Below, in pieces: positions 43,873-53,034 of a stretch of 64,000 bases of DNA. The notes under the pieces were generated by a model. It searched no databases, had not been told where the DNA came from, and saw only the letters and a list, made by a program, of their open reading frames with translations. The stretch lies in IMG/VR virus record IMGVR_UViG_3300029286_000029. One strand, given 5' to 3'. Positions within the stretch are counted from its first letter, which is position 1, and every line of letters starts with the position of its first letter. The stretch is from a virus. The translations under genes were made by a program, and so were the position numbers.

Positions 43873-45624
43873 ATGGAAAATAAAGATAAAATGGTCGAAT
43901 TAGCTCTTGGTTATCTTAAAAGAGGATGGTCAGTTTTACCTTGTGGCAAGGACAAGGTTCCTCTTATACCATGGAAAAAATTTCAGGAGGAATATGCTTC
44001 GGAATCAACTGTTCGATCATGGTTTGATAATTTTCCAGAAGCTCAGGTGGGAGTAATTACGGGAAAAATAAGTAATCTTACTGTTATAGATTTTGAGAAA
44101 GGTGCCGATCCATCAATCGTTCCCCAAGATACGTTTATAGTTCAGACTGGAGGGATGGGTTTTCATTTCTACTACCTTTACGAAGAAGGTGTTAGAAATA
44201 AAACTAGAGTACTTCCTCTTGTTGATTTTCGTAGTGAGGCGGGATTTGTCGTCGCCGGTGGATCATACTCAGAAAAAGGACCTTACACCATCCTCCAGGA
44301 TGTTCCGCTTATTCCTTTTCCGAAAGAATTATTTCCAACAAGAATTGAAAAAATAGATATTTTTCAGACACCTGACGCTAGCACACCGCAATTGTTCGAG
44401 AAAAAACCGTTGAATGAATATCCGGGTTACTCAACCGGTCAACGGAATGATGGCATGACCCGATATATTGGTTATGTCTTAACGCAAATTCATCCGGCGG
44501 ATTGGGTGATAGAAGGTTGGAATGTTGTTCAACAAGCCAACACCAGAAACACGCCACCACTTGGGCTTTTAGAACTTAGAACCATCTTTGAGAGTGTGGT
44601 ACGTCTAGAGCGTCGAAACAACCCCCAAGGACGCGTCAGCGGGGCACACAGAGCCTTTGGCGGGGTGTCTAGCGCTCGGACCGAACCGATAATCTTGAGT
44701 GATGGAAGCGATGAAATCAAACATCTGGCGACTGTTGCCGAAGAACAAAAAATTGATCAAACAGATATTTATCCACTTCAGATGCCTTGTTTTGACAATG
44801 TAATCCTTGGTGGTGTTGCTCCAGGTGACTTAGTGGTAGTTGCCGGAAAGACAGGCGAGGGGAAAACGAGTTTATGTCAGGACTGGACGCTCTCTCTCAT
44901 CCGGGGTGAAAAACATCCCAAGAGTCTTTGGTTCTCTTATGAAGTCTTACCAACTCATCTCTGGAATAAGTTTCAGGAAATGGGTATGAGTCAAGAAGAT
45001 TGTGTTTTTATCCCGGCAAAACATTCATCCGGTAATGTCACGTGGGTAGAACAAAAAATAAAAGAAGGAAAGGAAAAATTCGGAATTAAAATAGTGATGA
45101 TAGACCATCTAGGCTTTCTCTTACCGAAGACTGATGGAACACTTGGTGTTAAAAATTTATCATCTAATTACTCAACTTTCCTTACTCAGGTAGTACGTGA
45201 TCTTAAAACTATCGCGCTCAAAGAAGAAGTAATTATTTTTCTACCAGTCCATATGAGAAAAACAGAAAAAGGCAATCGACGGTCTGATGTAGAAGATATT
45301 AAAGATAGTTCAGGAGTAGCCCAAGAATCAGATTTGGTTTTCTTAATTGAACGTGAAAAAAATAAGGACCAAGACGCTAAGTCTTATTTTACTGACACAA
45401 CAAAAATAACTTTAGCCAAGAATCGAAAAACTGGACAAACAGTTATTGGTAACTTCACCATGGTGAATGGCCGATTCGCTTATGATGATTCTAAAGAGAA
45501 GGTCAATGAAGTGTTTGAAAGTTTCGGTAAACCTAAAGTTGACGTTCCTAAGATTACGATAACTGAAGAAATTATTATTGAAGAAGAAGGCATTCCAGAC
45601 GATATTTGGAATGCCCCAGTCTAA
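43873..45624 (+). CDS. Primase-helicase of 583 aa: N-terminal Prim-Pol (bifunctional primase/polymerase) domain and C-terminal DnaB/RecA-like P-loop helicase domain.
   Basis: Prim-Pol-like N-terminus reads GWSVLPCGKDKVPLIPWKKFQ ... VIDFEKG ... GMGFHFYY. Helicase Walker A reads VVVAGKTGEGKTSL. Walker B reads IVMIDHLGFL. Confidence 0.7.
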   Translation: MENKDKMVELALGYLKRGWSVLPCGKDKVPLIPWKKFQEEYASESTVRSWFDNFPEAQVGVITGKISNLTVIDFEKGADPSIVPQDTFIVQTGGMGFHFYYLYEEGVRNKTRVLPLVDFRSEAGFVVAGGSYSEKGPYTILQDVPLIPFPKELFPTRIEKIDIFQTPDASTPQLFEKKPLNEYPGYSTGQRNDGMTRYIGYVLTQIHPADWVIEGWNVVQQANTRNTPPLGLLELRTIFESVVRLERRNNPQGRVSGAHRAFGGVSSARTEPIILSDGSDEIKHLATVAEEQKIDQTDIYPLQMPCFDNVILGGVAPGDLVVVAGKTGEGKTSLCQDWTLSLIRGEKHPKSLWFSYEVLPTHLWNKFQEMGMSQEDCVFIPAKHSSGNVTWVEQKIKEGKEKFGIKIVMIDHLGFLLPKTDGTLGVKNLSSNYSTFLTQVVRDLKTIALKEEVIIFLPVHMRKTEKGNRRSDVEDIKDSSGVAQESDLVFLIEREKNKDQDAKSYFTDTTKITLAKNRKTGQTVIGNFTMVNGRFAYDDSKEKVNEVFESFGKPKVDVPKITITEEIIIEEEGIPDDIWNAPV

Positions 45625-45675
45625 CCAGTTCCACGGTGGAACTGGTTCATTAAAAAAAATATTTATCTAATTGTT

Positions 45676-46227
45676 ATGACATTCACATCCATAGAACAGT
45701 TTTCAAATTTTCTTGTTAACCACCAAAAAGATTTTTTTGATGAAATGAGAATTGCTGATTACGGTGGTATTGACGAAGGAGATGGAACGAATATTATCCG
45801 GGAGTTATTGGAATCTGGAAATCTAAAAAATTATCAGATGTTAGATTTTGAAAGTGGCGTGGATTTGAGAAAACCCATTAAAGGTAAAAAATTTGATATG
45901 GGAATCTGTATGGATTTACTTGAACATACCAGTAATCCATTCACCGTTGCTAAGAACATCATGAATTCTTTAAAACCCGGTGCTTATCTATTTGTCACTG
46001 TGCCATTTGTTTGGTGGCTTCATGGATTTCCAGATGACTATTGGCGCTTTACACCACATGGTTTAAGTGAATTATTTAAAGAGATGGAAACAGAATCAGT
46101 ATTTGCTATCGTTGATCGTTTTAATCCAAAGGCAGAAATAAGTGTTGATCCAGATTATCATCCGATTATTCCAGTGACGGAACCTTTTTCGAGAATTATA
46201 GGAATTTTTAGAAAGAAAATAAAATGA
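45676..46227 (+). CDS. Probable class I SAM-dependent methyltransferase, 183 aa.
   Basis: FDMGICMDLLEHTSNPFTVAKNIMNSLKPGAYLFVTVP matches the Methyltransf_11-like post-II/III region. The motif I region is atypical. Confidence 0.5.
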   Translation: MTFTSIEQFSNFLVNHQKDFFDEMRIADYGGIDEGDGTNIIRELLESGNLKNYQMLDFESGVDLRKPIKGKKFDMGICMDLLEHTSNPFTVAKNIMNSLKPGAYLFVTVPFVWWLHGFPDDYWRFTPHGLSELFKEMETESVFAIVDRFNPKAEISVDPDYHPIIPVTEPFSRIIGIFRKKIK

Positions 46228-46484
46228 CCGACGAAGAAATCAGACAAACTCTAGAGCAAATAGATCCTGAAGGGAAAATACCTCAAGAAAAAATTGAGGA
46301 ACTGATTGTTGCTATTAAGGACAAAGAAAAAAATCCACCGAAGGACGGTGATCCTGTTCCTGGTATGCCTGGAGCGAGATACGGAGTATTAGAAGCTAAT
46401 TTAAAAGCTCAGTTGGGGGTCGAAACTGATTGGAGAAAAAAATCAGCAATAGCAGCAAAAATTATTAGTTTAAATTTGGATTAG
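46224..46484 (+). CDS. Hypothetical protein, 86 aa.
   Basis: ORF track. It overlaps the upstream gene by 4 nt. Confidence 0.45.
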   Translation: MTDEEIRQTLEQIDPEGKIPQEKIEELIVAIKDKEKNPPKDGDPVPGMPGARYGVLEANLKAQLGVETDWRKKSAIAAKIISLNLD

Positions 46485-46488
46485 TTTA

Positions 46489-46707
46489 ATGAACAAGAAA
46501 ATTGTTTGTCCACATGGAAAAAGAAGATATGACAAAAAAGGCGCTGTCACAATGAAGAATTTATCAATGAAGTTACACCATATTGAGATGGAAATTTATG
46601 AATGTCCTGATTGTAAATACTGGCACCTCGCCTCGGTCGGTAAGCATAAACAGTTCCGGCATAATGCTAACCGCTTGACAAGTAAAAAGGAAGGAGTATA
46701 CTGGTAA
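46489..46707 (+). CDS. Small zinc-ribbon protein, 72 aa.
   Basis: CPHGKRRY ... CPDCKYWH. Its 3' end contains the promoter for the next gene. Confidence 0.45.
   Translation: MNKKIVCPHGKRRYDKKGAVTMKNLSMKLHHIEMEIYECPDCKYWHLASVGKHKQFRHNANRLTSKKEGVYW
46675..46702 (+). promoter_or_regulatory. Promoter TTGACA-N16-TATACT within CCGCTTGACAAGTAAAAAGG.
   Basis: -35 at 46675-46680 and -10 at 46697-46702, upstream of the gene starting at 46739. Confidence 0.55.
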
Positions 46708-46738
46708 GGTCGAAATTAAAAGTTAATAAAAAAAATTA

Positions 46739-46990
46739 ATGAGTAAAGCGTCAACGTTGGGTTTTAGTATATTTATCGATAAGGAAATGAATGAACTATT
46801 TTCCTTATTCTGTATTTTATTTTCAGACTTTGAAGAACAGGCAAAAAAAGAAAAATTTGAAGATTATAAAATTATAGAAGCAAGAAAGACTTTTGATCGA
46901 TTTATAGAAGTAATGGCTGGTCCTGTTCATGAACTCGGTTGGTGTAATGATCCAACATGTACATGGAAGGAAGATCAAAAGAAAAATTAA
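46739..46990 (+). CDS. Hypothetical protein, 83 aa.
   Basis: ORF track. Confidence 0.45.
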   Translation: MSKASTLGFSIFIDKEMNELFSLFCILFSDFEEQAKKEKFEDYKIIEARKTFDRFIEVMAGPVHELGWCNDPTCTWKEDQKKN

Positions 46991-46993
46991 AAT

Positions 46994-47230
46994 ATGAAAA
47001 AATTATCTTTAAAAATGAGAATATTGGCTTATCTCAGACGACAAGGTAATTTTAGAAATGGCGGCGAGATAGAGCGTTTGGCGGAAAGTTCAGGGTATAA
47101 GGCGTCAAACGCTTCCCGTCGGTGTCGAGAATTAGAAAATGAAGGTTTAATTGAACGCAAAATGGTCGAAGGTCCAAAAACCAGTAGCGTGTGGTACCGG
47201 GCGATAATAGCTAATGGTAAATTATTCTGA
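46994..47230 (+). CDS. Winged-helix DNA-binding protein, 78 aa.
   Basis: LAYLRRQGNFRNGGEIERLAESSGYKASNASRRCRELENEGLIER is wHTH-like. Confidence 0.45.
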   Translation: MKKLSLKMRILAYLRRQGNFRNGGEIERLAESSGYKASNASRRCRELENEGLIERKMVEGPKTSSVWYRAIIANGKLF

Positions 47231-47513
47231 TGAAAAAAAGAACCAAAGTTAAAAGAGTAGGTGGCCCGGAAGATTATTGCTGGATGTGTAGAGTCAATCT
47301 TCGGGGAAATGCCAGTATCTATTGTGTTCAGTGCCAGGAATTAATGAAATTAAAGATTATCAAACCTAAGTTTTTCAATTAATATGAGAAAACCTTACTG
47401 GCGAAAGGTCGGCGAAGATGAGACAATGGAACAATGGTCAGATGATGGTTCATGCTATGTTGAAGTTCCCAAGGGGGTTGTTGAACAAGTTAAGTTAAAT
47501 ACAATCAAAAAAT

Positions 47514-47909
47514 ATGAAAAAGAAAAAAACAAAAATTAAAACTGAAAAACAATTCATCACCTGGATCGAACAACAGATTAAATTTTATTCGCCATATCTT
47601 GGTCTTCAACTTCACGACGTCAGAGTCAAACGATTTTCGAAACAAAATGACAATCCTGATGATTTCCTAGCGATTGATTGTACTTACCCATACCTTGATC
47701 CGAATATTCGTTATTCAAGAAAAGTATTTGAAGAATGGGCTCATGGGAATGTCAGGAAAGATCGGATCCTACATGAACTGATCCATATCATCACTGATCC
47801 ATTATTCTGCAAGGCAATCACCCGATACGTTTCTCAGAATGAAATTAAAGACGAACGAGAGAAGTTGACAGATACATTCGCGGCGATTATTAGGAATTTA
47901 ATAAAATAA
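47514..47909 (+). CDS. Small HExxH-motif protein of 131 aa (HELIH), immediately upstream of recA. Possibly an ImmA/IrrE-like or SprT-like metalloprotease.
   Basis: ILHELIHIITDP contains HExxH. The class assignment is speculative. Confidence 0.4.
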   Translation: MKKKKTKIKTEKQFITWIEQQIKFYSPYLGLQLHDVRVKRFSKQNDNPDDFLAIDCTYPYLDPNIRYSRKVFEEWAHGNVRKDRILHELIHIITDPLFCKAITRYVSQNEIKDEREKLTDTFAAIIRNLIK

Positions 47910-47910
47910 G

Positions 47911-48921
47911 ATGAAAAAAACCAAAGAAGAAAATGAGGCAGTAGAAGAAGCAATGGCTTCACTTCAAAAAAAATACGGTAAAGACGTTTTAATTCAAATG
48001 GATGCAGAAATGAGCTTCAAAGTAGAGGCTATCCCGACTGGCTGTTATTCCCTGGATGAAGCCTTGGGTTGTGGCGGACTACCTCGTGGACGTATCATCG
48101 AAATCTTCGGTAAAGAGAGTTCCGGCAAAAGCACTCTTACAACTTTTTTGATGGCGCAAATTCAGAAGTCTGGTGGACGAGCAGCTCTAATTGACGCAGA
48201 AATGGCTTTTGATGGAAGTTATGCTAAAGCCATTGGTGTTGAGGTGTCTAAACTCATGGTTTCACAACCTGGATCGTTGGAAGAGGGAATGGATGTTTTA
48301 CGAGAATTAGTTAACACTAAAGCATTTGATATTATTGTGATTGATTCAGTTGCCGCACTTGTACCTAAATCTGAAATTGAAGGGGATGAGATGTTAAAAG
48401 ATTCGATGGCAGTACAGGCACGTCTCCTTGGGAAAGCATTAAGAATTTTAGCTGGGGAAATTTCAAAGTCTAACACGATTGTAATATTTGTCAACCAAAT
48501 TAGAGATAAAATAGGCGTTTTTTATGGTGCGAAGACAGTGACACCAGGTGGCCGAGCTCTAAAATTCTTTAGTTCTATCCGTATGGACGTCTCTGCTGGA
48601 GATAAAATACTCGGAAAGAATGATGAACAAATTGGCAATTCACTCAGAGTTAAAATGGCAAAGAATAAGACCGCTCCACCATGGAGGGAAGCAAATTTCG
48701 ATTTATACTACTCAAGAGGGATAGACCTTATATCAGATGCTGTGGATTATGGCGAGAAAATCGGCGCGATAAAGAAAAGTGGAAACACTTATTCCTTCGA
48801 AGGTAAGGAATTAGGGGTAGGGCGCGAGAAGGTAATCAAAGCAGTCACTAATGATGAAAAGTTATTTAACGATATTAAAGACAAGATTAATAATGTAATC
48901 AAAACTAAAGATGCAAAGTGA
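47911..48921 (+). CDS. recA: RecA-family recombinase, 336 aa.
   Basis: GLPRGRIIEIFGKESSGKSTLT (Walker A), ALIDAEMAFD, IIVIDSVAALVPKSEIEGDEM and the L1/L2 loop region are all present. Confidence 0.9.
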   Translation: MKKTKEENEAVEEAMASLQKKYGKDVLIQMDAEMSFKVEAIPTGCYSLDEALGCGGLPRGRIIEIFGKESSGKSTLTTFLMAQIQKSGGRAALIDAEMAFDGSYAKAIGVEVSKLMVSQPGSLEEGMDVLRELVNTKAFDIIVIDSVAALVPKSEIEGDEMLKDSMAVQARLLGKALRILAGEISKSNTIVIFVNQIRDKIGVFYGAKTVTPGGRALKFFSSIRMDVSAGDKILGKNDEQIGNSLRVKMAKNKTAPPWREANFDLYYSRGIDLISDAVDYGEKIGAIKKSGNTYSFEGKELGVGREKVIKAVTNDEKLFNDIKDKINNVIKTKDAK

Positions 48922-49507
48922 TGAGAAAAAGTTAATAGATAAAAAAGTTTATGGTCTGTTAATTGAAATTAATAATAAAAATTTATTCATCAGCGTTCAA
49001 ACTGCTTTTAGTTTAGAAGAAGCTTTCCAGTTGGCCGGTAAGGAGTTTCAAACTCTTAATCCACCAAGACGGACCGGAGAAGATTTATTTAAGGGTTCAA
49101 AGATTGTTCTTTTTACAATTAAAACCTTTGAAGATTTAGCTTTCTCTAATAGCATTCCCATTCTTAATATAAAAACTGAACCTAAAAACGCTAGTAAGGA
49201 AGATATCCAGGCATTAGGAAAAGAAATAGATGAAACTCTTAAGCTTATGGGGATGATGTTTGACGGGCCACGATCAATAAAGAAACCGATAATTTCTACC
49301 GGGGTAAGAATTAAAGAGCAAGAAAAAAAATTACCTTTCCCGATGCCCAGACTGGAAAAACCAGTAGAAAAAGTTCTGACAAAAGAAGAAGAAAAAAATA
49401 ATCTAATGAGGATGATTATTGCGACTAAAGATAAAAAGTTGTTCGAGCAAAACAAGAAATCGCTTTCTAGAGCAGAAAAGGCATATATTACAAAACATCT
49501 AATATAA
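48911..49507 (+). CDS. Hypothetical protein, 198 aa.
   Basis: ORF track. Confidence 0.45.
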   Translation: MQSDEKKLIDKKVYGLLIEINNKNLFISVQTAFSLEEAFQLAGKEFQTLNPPRRTGEDLFKGSKIVLFTIKTFEDLAFSNSIPILNIKTEPKNASKEDIQALGKEIDETLKLMGMMFDGPRSIKKPIISTGVRIKEQEKKLPFPMPRLEKPVEKVLTKEEEKNNLMRMIIATKDKKLFEQNKKSLSRAEKAYITKHLI

Positions 49508-49527
49508 AGTGTAAATCCGCTTTTCAC

Positions 49528-49555
49528 TTGACAAGTGATATATCGGGTATATACT
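49528..49555 (+). promoter_or_regulatory. Promoter TTGACA-N16-TATACT within GCTTTTCACTTGACAAGT. Its upstream 18 nt are identical to the reverse complement of the 28.5-kb promoter.
   Basis: -35 at 49528-49533 and -10 at 49550-49555, upstream of the gene starting at 49618. Confidence 0.55.
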
Positions 49556-49617
49556 TAAGGGATAAGGTCGATGTTATTAGAAAGTTAAGTTAATTATAAA
49601 GTTAATCAAATAAAATT

Positions 49618-50280
49618 ATGACAAATATTTTTGAAGCCGCAAAAGAAAAAATTATGCCAACTTGGATGAAGTTTATTAATGCCGGAGATAGTGTACAAGG
49701 TACCTATGTCGGCAAAATAGTCGGTCAAATTGACGGATATGGCAATGAACAAATAATCTACCAATTATTGCAGGACGACGGAACGGTTATGAATGTCGGT
49801 TTTGGTGTTAACAAGAAATTCCTTAACCAGGACATGGAATCGGTAAAGTTTGGTCAAATCATTGGATTCAAATACAAAGGAACTATTTCTGTAAAAGACA
49901 AGTTTGGTAAACCAGTTAATGTTAAAGATTTTGCTCTGCATCAAGATCCTAAAATCGTTAACGAAACATGGTTGAAAGAAAATGAAGGTAATATGCCGGA
50001 AGTAACTCGCGTGTCTAAGTCTGACGCATCAGTTAGCGCCAAAGAAGATTTTGGTGCTTTTAACAATGTTCCTAAAGAGAAAGAAGTTGACGATGTACCA
50101 TTTAGTAGCGAGGGAAGTTTGACGAATGAAGATAAACTCGCTGTCATTGAAAAACTCGCTAAAGATAAATTGGGTGTTACCGATCCATCTTTAGTTAAAG
50201 ATAAAGTCATGGAGACGCTTGGCGTAGCCTTCATCCCTGTGAACTTTTCCTCAATCATCGAGAAATTAAAGACGATGTAA
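49618..50280 (+). CDS. Hypothetical protein, 220 aa.
   Basis: ORF track. It is preceded by a family promoter. Confidence 0.5.
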   Translation: MTNIFEAAKEKIMPTWMKFINAGDSVQGTYVGKIVGQIDGYGNEQIIYQLLQDDGTVMNVGFGVNKKFLNQDMESVKFGQIIGFKYKGTISVKDKFGKPVNVKDFALHQDPKIVNETWLKENEGNMPEVTRVSKSDASVSAKEDFGAFNNVPKEKEVDDVPFSSEGSLTNEDKLAVIEKLAKDKLGVTDPSLVKDKVMETLGVAFIPVNFSSIIEKLKTM

Positions 50281-50324
50281 TTCGAGATTATTGCATATTT
50301 TCTCATAGATGCTATAATGTATCT

Positions 50325-50768
50325 ATGAGAAAATGCAATAATTGTGGTAAGGAATACGACGAAACAATAAAAGGAGCGATAAAAAAATATTGTTCCAAGA
50401 GTTGTGGCCGTCAAGATTATTATCAGAAAAATAAAGAAAGAGAAAAAATAAATTGTTCCTTGTGGTATAAGAATCATAAAGAAAGTGAAATATCTAAAAA
50501 TAAGGAATATCGTAAGGAGAAAAAGGAACTTTTCAACTGGTATCACAATAAAGATAGATTTGATGGAATGAGAGAGATTATTCTTGCAAGAGATAATAAT
50601 CAGTGCCAAAGTTGTGGGAGTAAGAAGGTCGTGATACATCATAAAGACGGATCCGGTATTAAAAAAAATAAAATATCCGGGATAAAAATTAATAACGACT
50701 TAAATAATTTGATTTGTTTATGTCATCCATGTCATATGAAACTTCACCACTGGCAAAAAAAGAAATAA
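50325..50768 (+). CDS. HNH endonuclease with an N-terminal zinc ribbon, 147 aa.
   Basis: CNNCGK..C..SC; NNQCQSCGSKKVVIHHKDG ... NLICLCHPCHMKLH. Confidence 0.7.
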   Translation: MRKCNNCGKEYDETIKGAIKKYCSKSCGRQDYYQKNKEREKINCSLWYKNHKESEISKNKEYRKEKKELFNWYHNKDRFDGMREIILARDNNQCQSCGSKKVVIHHKDGSGIKKNKISGIKINNDLNNLICLCHPCHMKLHHWQKKK

Positions 50769-50819
50769 GGTCGTTTTGTCAGATAATTATGAAATTATAA
50801 AAATAATTCAAGAAAATAG

Positions 50820-51842
50820 ATGAAAATACTCGTTGTTGGTGATACACATTTTAAAGAAGAATTATCTTATGCAGATTATATTCTAGATAGAAGAAATACA
50901 GAGAAAAAAGAAATTTTAGATTTCATAATTAAATCAGCAAAAGACTGTCAACATGTTATTTTTCTTGGAGATTTCTTTAATTCGAAAAATAATTCATCAG
51001 AAGTTAATAGACAAGCAATTGAATTTTTAGAGAAATTTGGGAAAGAAAATCTGTATATCATTTCTGGTAATCATTGCAAAAAAGGAGATGGATCCACCGC
51101 CTTAGACTTTATTAGAGAGATTAAGGATAAACCGAATTGGCATATATTTACCAAACCAAGTTCAATGAATGTCGGAGATTTCAAAGTCGATTTTCTTCCT
51201 TATATGTTGGATTCAGAACTTGGCGTAGAGAATCATGAAGAAGCGACTAAGGCGATAATGAAGAATTTGGATGGCGGCGACATCTTATTTACTCATCACG
51301 CCATATCTGGAACAGTTTTTAATGGAATAAAAACTGACTTATTGAACGAAGTAATCTTACCTAGGGCCAAGTTAAGCAAGAAATACAAACTGACTATGGC
51401 TGGTCATATTCACAGTTCCCAGGCGACTGACAACGTAATTACTACTGGAAGTATCTTTGCTAATGAAGTTGGTGAAACAGAAAAATTTATTTGGAAAATT
51501 AAGGATGATTTATCAGTTGAACCATTAAGACTGCCGGGGCGTGGGATATGGAAATTAGAAAATCCTACATTGGACCAATTAATTAAACTACCCAAGAGTT
51601 CTATTATTAAAATCATTGTAAGTGATAAAAAGGTCGATGTTGAAGAACTAAAAGTAGTTGCTAGTGGATTCGATGCCCATCTTTTGATTGAGGATTATCC
51701 CAGTGAACGTAAAAAAATGCATATTGAAGAAGGCGCGATGGATTTTTCTGTCAAGGCACTTCTGAAGATGTATGCCGAGGAACGTAAAATAGATTATCAG
51801 AAACTTCTTAAGGGATTAGAAATAATAAGTCAGAATGCCTAA
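50820..51842 (+). CDS. sbcD: Mre11/SbcD-like nuclease (calcineurin-like metallophosphoesterase), 340 aa.
   Basis: Phosphoesterase motifs ILVVGDTHFK, FLGDFFN, ISGNHC, FTHH and AGHIHS. Confidence 0.75.
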   Translation: MKILVVGDTHFKEELSYADYILDRRNTEKKEILDFIIKSAKDCQHVIFLGDFFNSKNNSSEVNRQAIEFLEKFGKENLYIISGNHCKKGDGSTALDFIREIKDKPNWHIFTKPSSMNVGDFKVDFLPYMLDSELGVENHEEATKAIMKNLDGGDILFTHHAISGTVFNGIKTDLLNEVILPRAKLSKKYKLTMAGHIHSSQATDNVITTGSIFANEVGETEKFIWKIKDDLSVEPLRLPGRGIWKLENPTLDQLIKLPKSSIIKIIVSDKKVDVEELKVVASGFDAHLLIEDYPSERKKMHIEEGAMDFSVKALLKMYAEERKIDYQKLLKGLEIISQNA

Positions 51843-52386
51843 ATCTAAAATTATAAGTGCGGGATTTGATCTTAGTCTAACCGGAACCGGAGTAATTGTT
51901 CTGGAAAATGACAAGATAGTCAAACAGCATTTAATTAAATCAAAACCGACACCGGACGGGACACCGAAAGATGAAGTTTTAAGAATCTTAAAAATCGTTG
52001 ATGAAATAGAAAAAATTGTAGGAATATTCAAACCAGAAGTTGCTGTTATCGAAGGACTCGCCTTCATGGTCAGAAATGCCACCGCCTTAGTTCAGTTATC
52101 AGCGCTTAATTATATGATCAGGTCGATGTTAATCACCTATGACACACCGTTTGTTATCGTAGCACCAACCAGCCTTAAAAAATTTGTAACAGGTAATGGC
52201 GGCGCCAAAAAAGATGTGATGTTGATCGAGACATTCAAACGTTGGGGTGTGACATTACTTGATGATAATATTTGTGACAGTTTTGGGTTGGCTCAAATAG
52301 GTCTAGCGTTAAAGGGTGGTGTTTGTAAAAAGATTGGTCAAAAGCAAGAAGAAGTCTTAAGTCTATTAAAGAAACAATTAAATTAA
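51835..52386 (+). CDS. RuvC-like Holliday junction resolvase candidate, 183 aa.
   Basis: An N-terminal Asp-containing strand reads ISAGFDLSLTGTGVIVL. Later acidic segments read VAVIEGLAF and GNGGAKKDVM. It sits between sbcD and sbcC. Confidence 0.5.
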   Translation: MPKSKIISAGFDLSLTGTGVIVLENDKIVKQHLIKSKPTPDGTPKDEVLRILKIVDEIEKIVGIFKPEVAVIEGLAFMVRNATALVQLSALNYMIRSMLITYDTPFVIVAPTSLKKFVTGNGGAKKDVMLIETFKRWGVTLLDDNICDSFGLAQIGLALKGGVCKKIGQKQEEVLSLLKKQLN

Positions 52387-52388
52387 TT

Positions 52389-52721
52389 ATGAAAAACGAT
52401 AAAAAAGAGTTAAAAGGAACGTTACTGACGAAAGTTCAAAGCGACACAGTTAAAGATATGATTGTCGGTTCAATGCGCGATGCTTATTCTAGGTCCGGGA
52501 TGGTTGCTTCCGCCGGGTTAGACGCAGCAGCCGCTGAAATTGCTGATAAGATTATTAAGAACACGCAAATGGCACTTATTCAAAACACTGTTTTTGCGAA
52601 AGCGGTCGATAACAGTAAACCATTAAAAATTGAGATTAAAAAGAAAAATAATATGTCTATTAAGAAAGTCATAAAGAAGGCCGCCGCGGGAAAGAAGAAA
52701 ATTACCAAGAAGTCTAAGTAA
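52389..52721 (+). CDS. Hypothetical protein of 110 aa with a Lys-rich, histone-like C-terminus.
   Basis: C-terminus KKVIKKAAAGKKKITKKSK. Confidence 0.45.
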   Translation: MKNDKKELKGTLLTKVQSDTVKDMIVGSMRDAYSRSGMVASAGLDAAAAEIADKIIKNTQMALIQNTVFAKAVDNSKPLKIEIKKKNNMSIKKVIKKAAAGKKKITKKSK

Positions 52722-52728
52722 TAAAAAC

Positions 52729-53016
52729 ATGTCAGATAACAACACAATTAAGTCGATCACTACTCATACTTGTCCTCATTGTGGAGAAGAAATATTAATT
52801 GAAAGTCAAATGACTCCGCCGGTTGTATCTTCACTATTTACTAGTGAAGACGTGAAGAAAGCTAAGGAAGATTGTTTGGCCCGAGTTGAAACCCTGACAC
52901 TTGAGGACGAGAAGAAGGCCGCCGTTATCAAATGGTTAAGCGATCCGGCGACCGTCTTCGGTCCTAGCGAGACAGAATCAATAATATTAAGTTTACTTAA
53001 ACCGGATCAAGAATAA
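52729..53016 (+). CDS. Small zinc-ribbon protein, 95 aa.
   Basis: CPHCGEE near the N-terminus. Confidence 0.4.
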   Translation: MSDNNTIKSITTHTCPHCGEEILIESQMTPPVVSSLFTSEDVKKAKEDCLARVETLTLEDEKKAAVIKWLSDPATVFGPSETESIILSLLKPDQE

Positions 53017-53034
53017 AGTTAATGAAATAAAATT

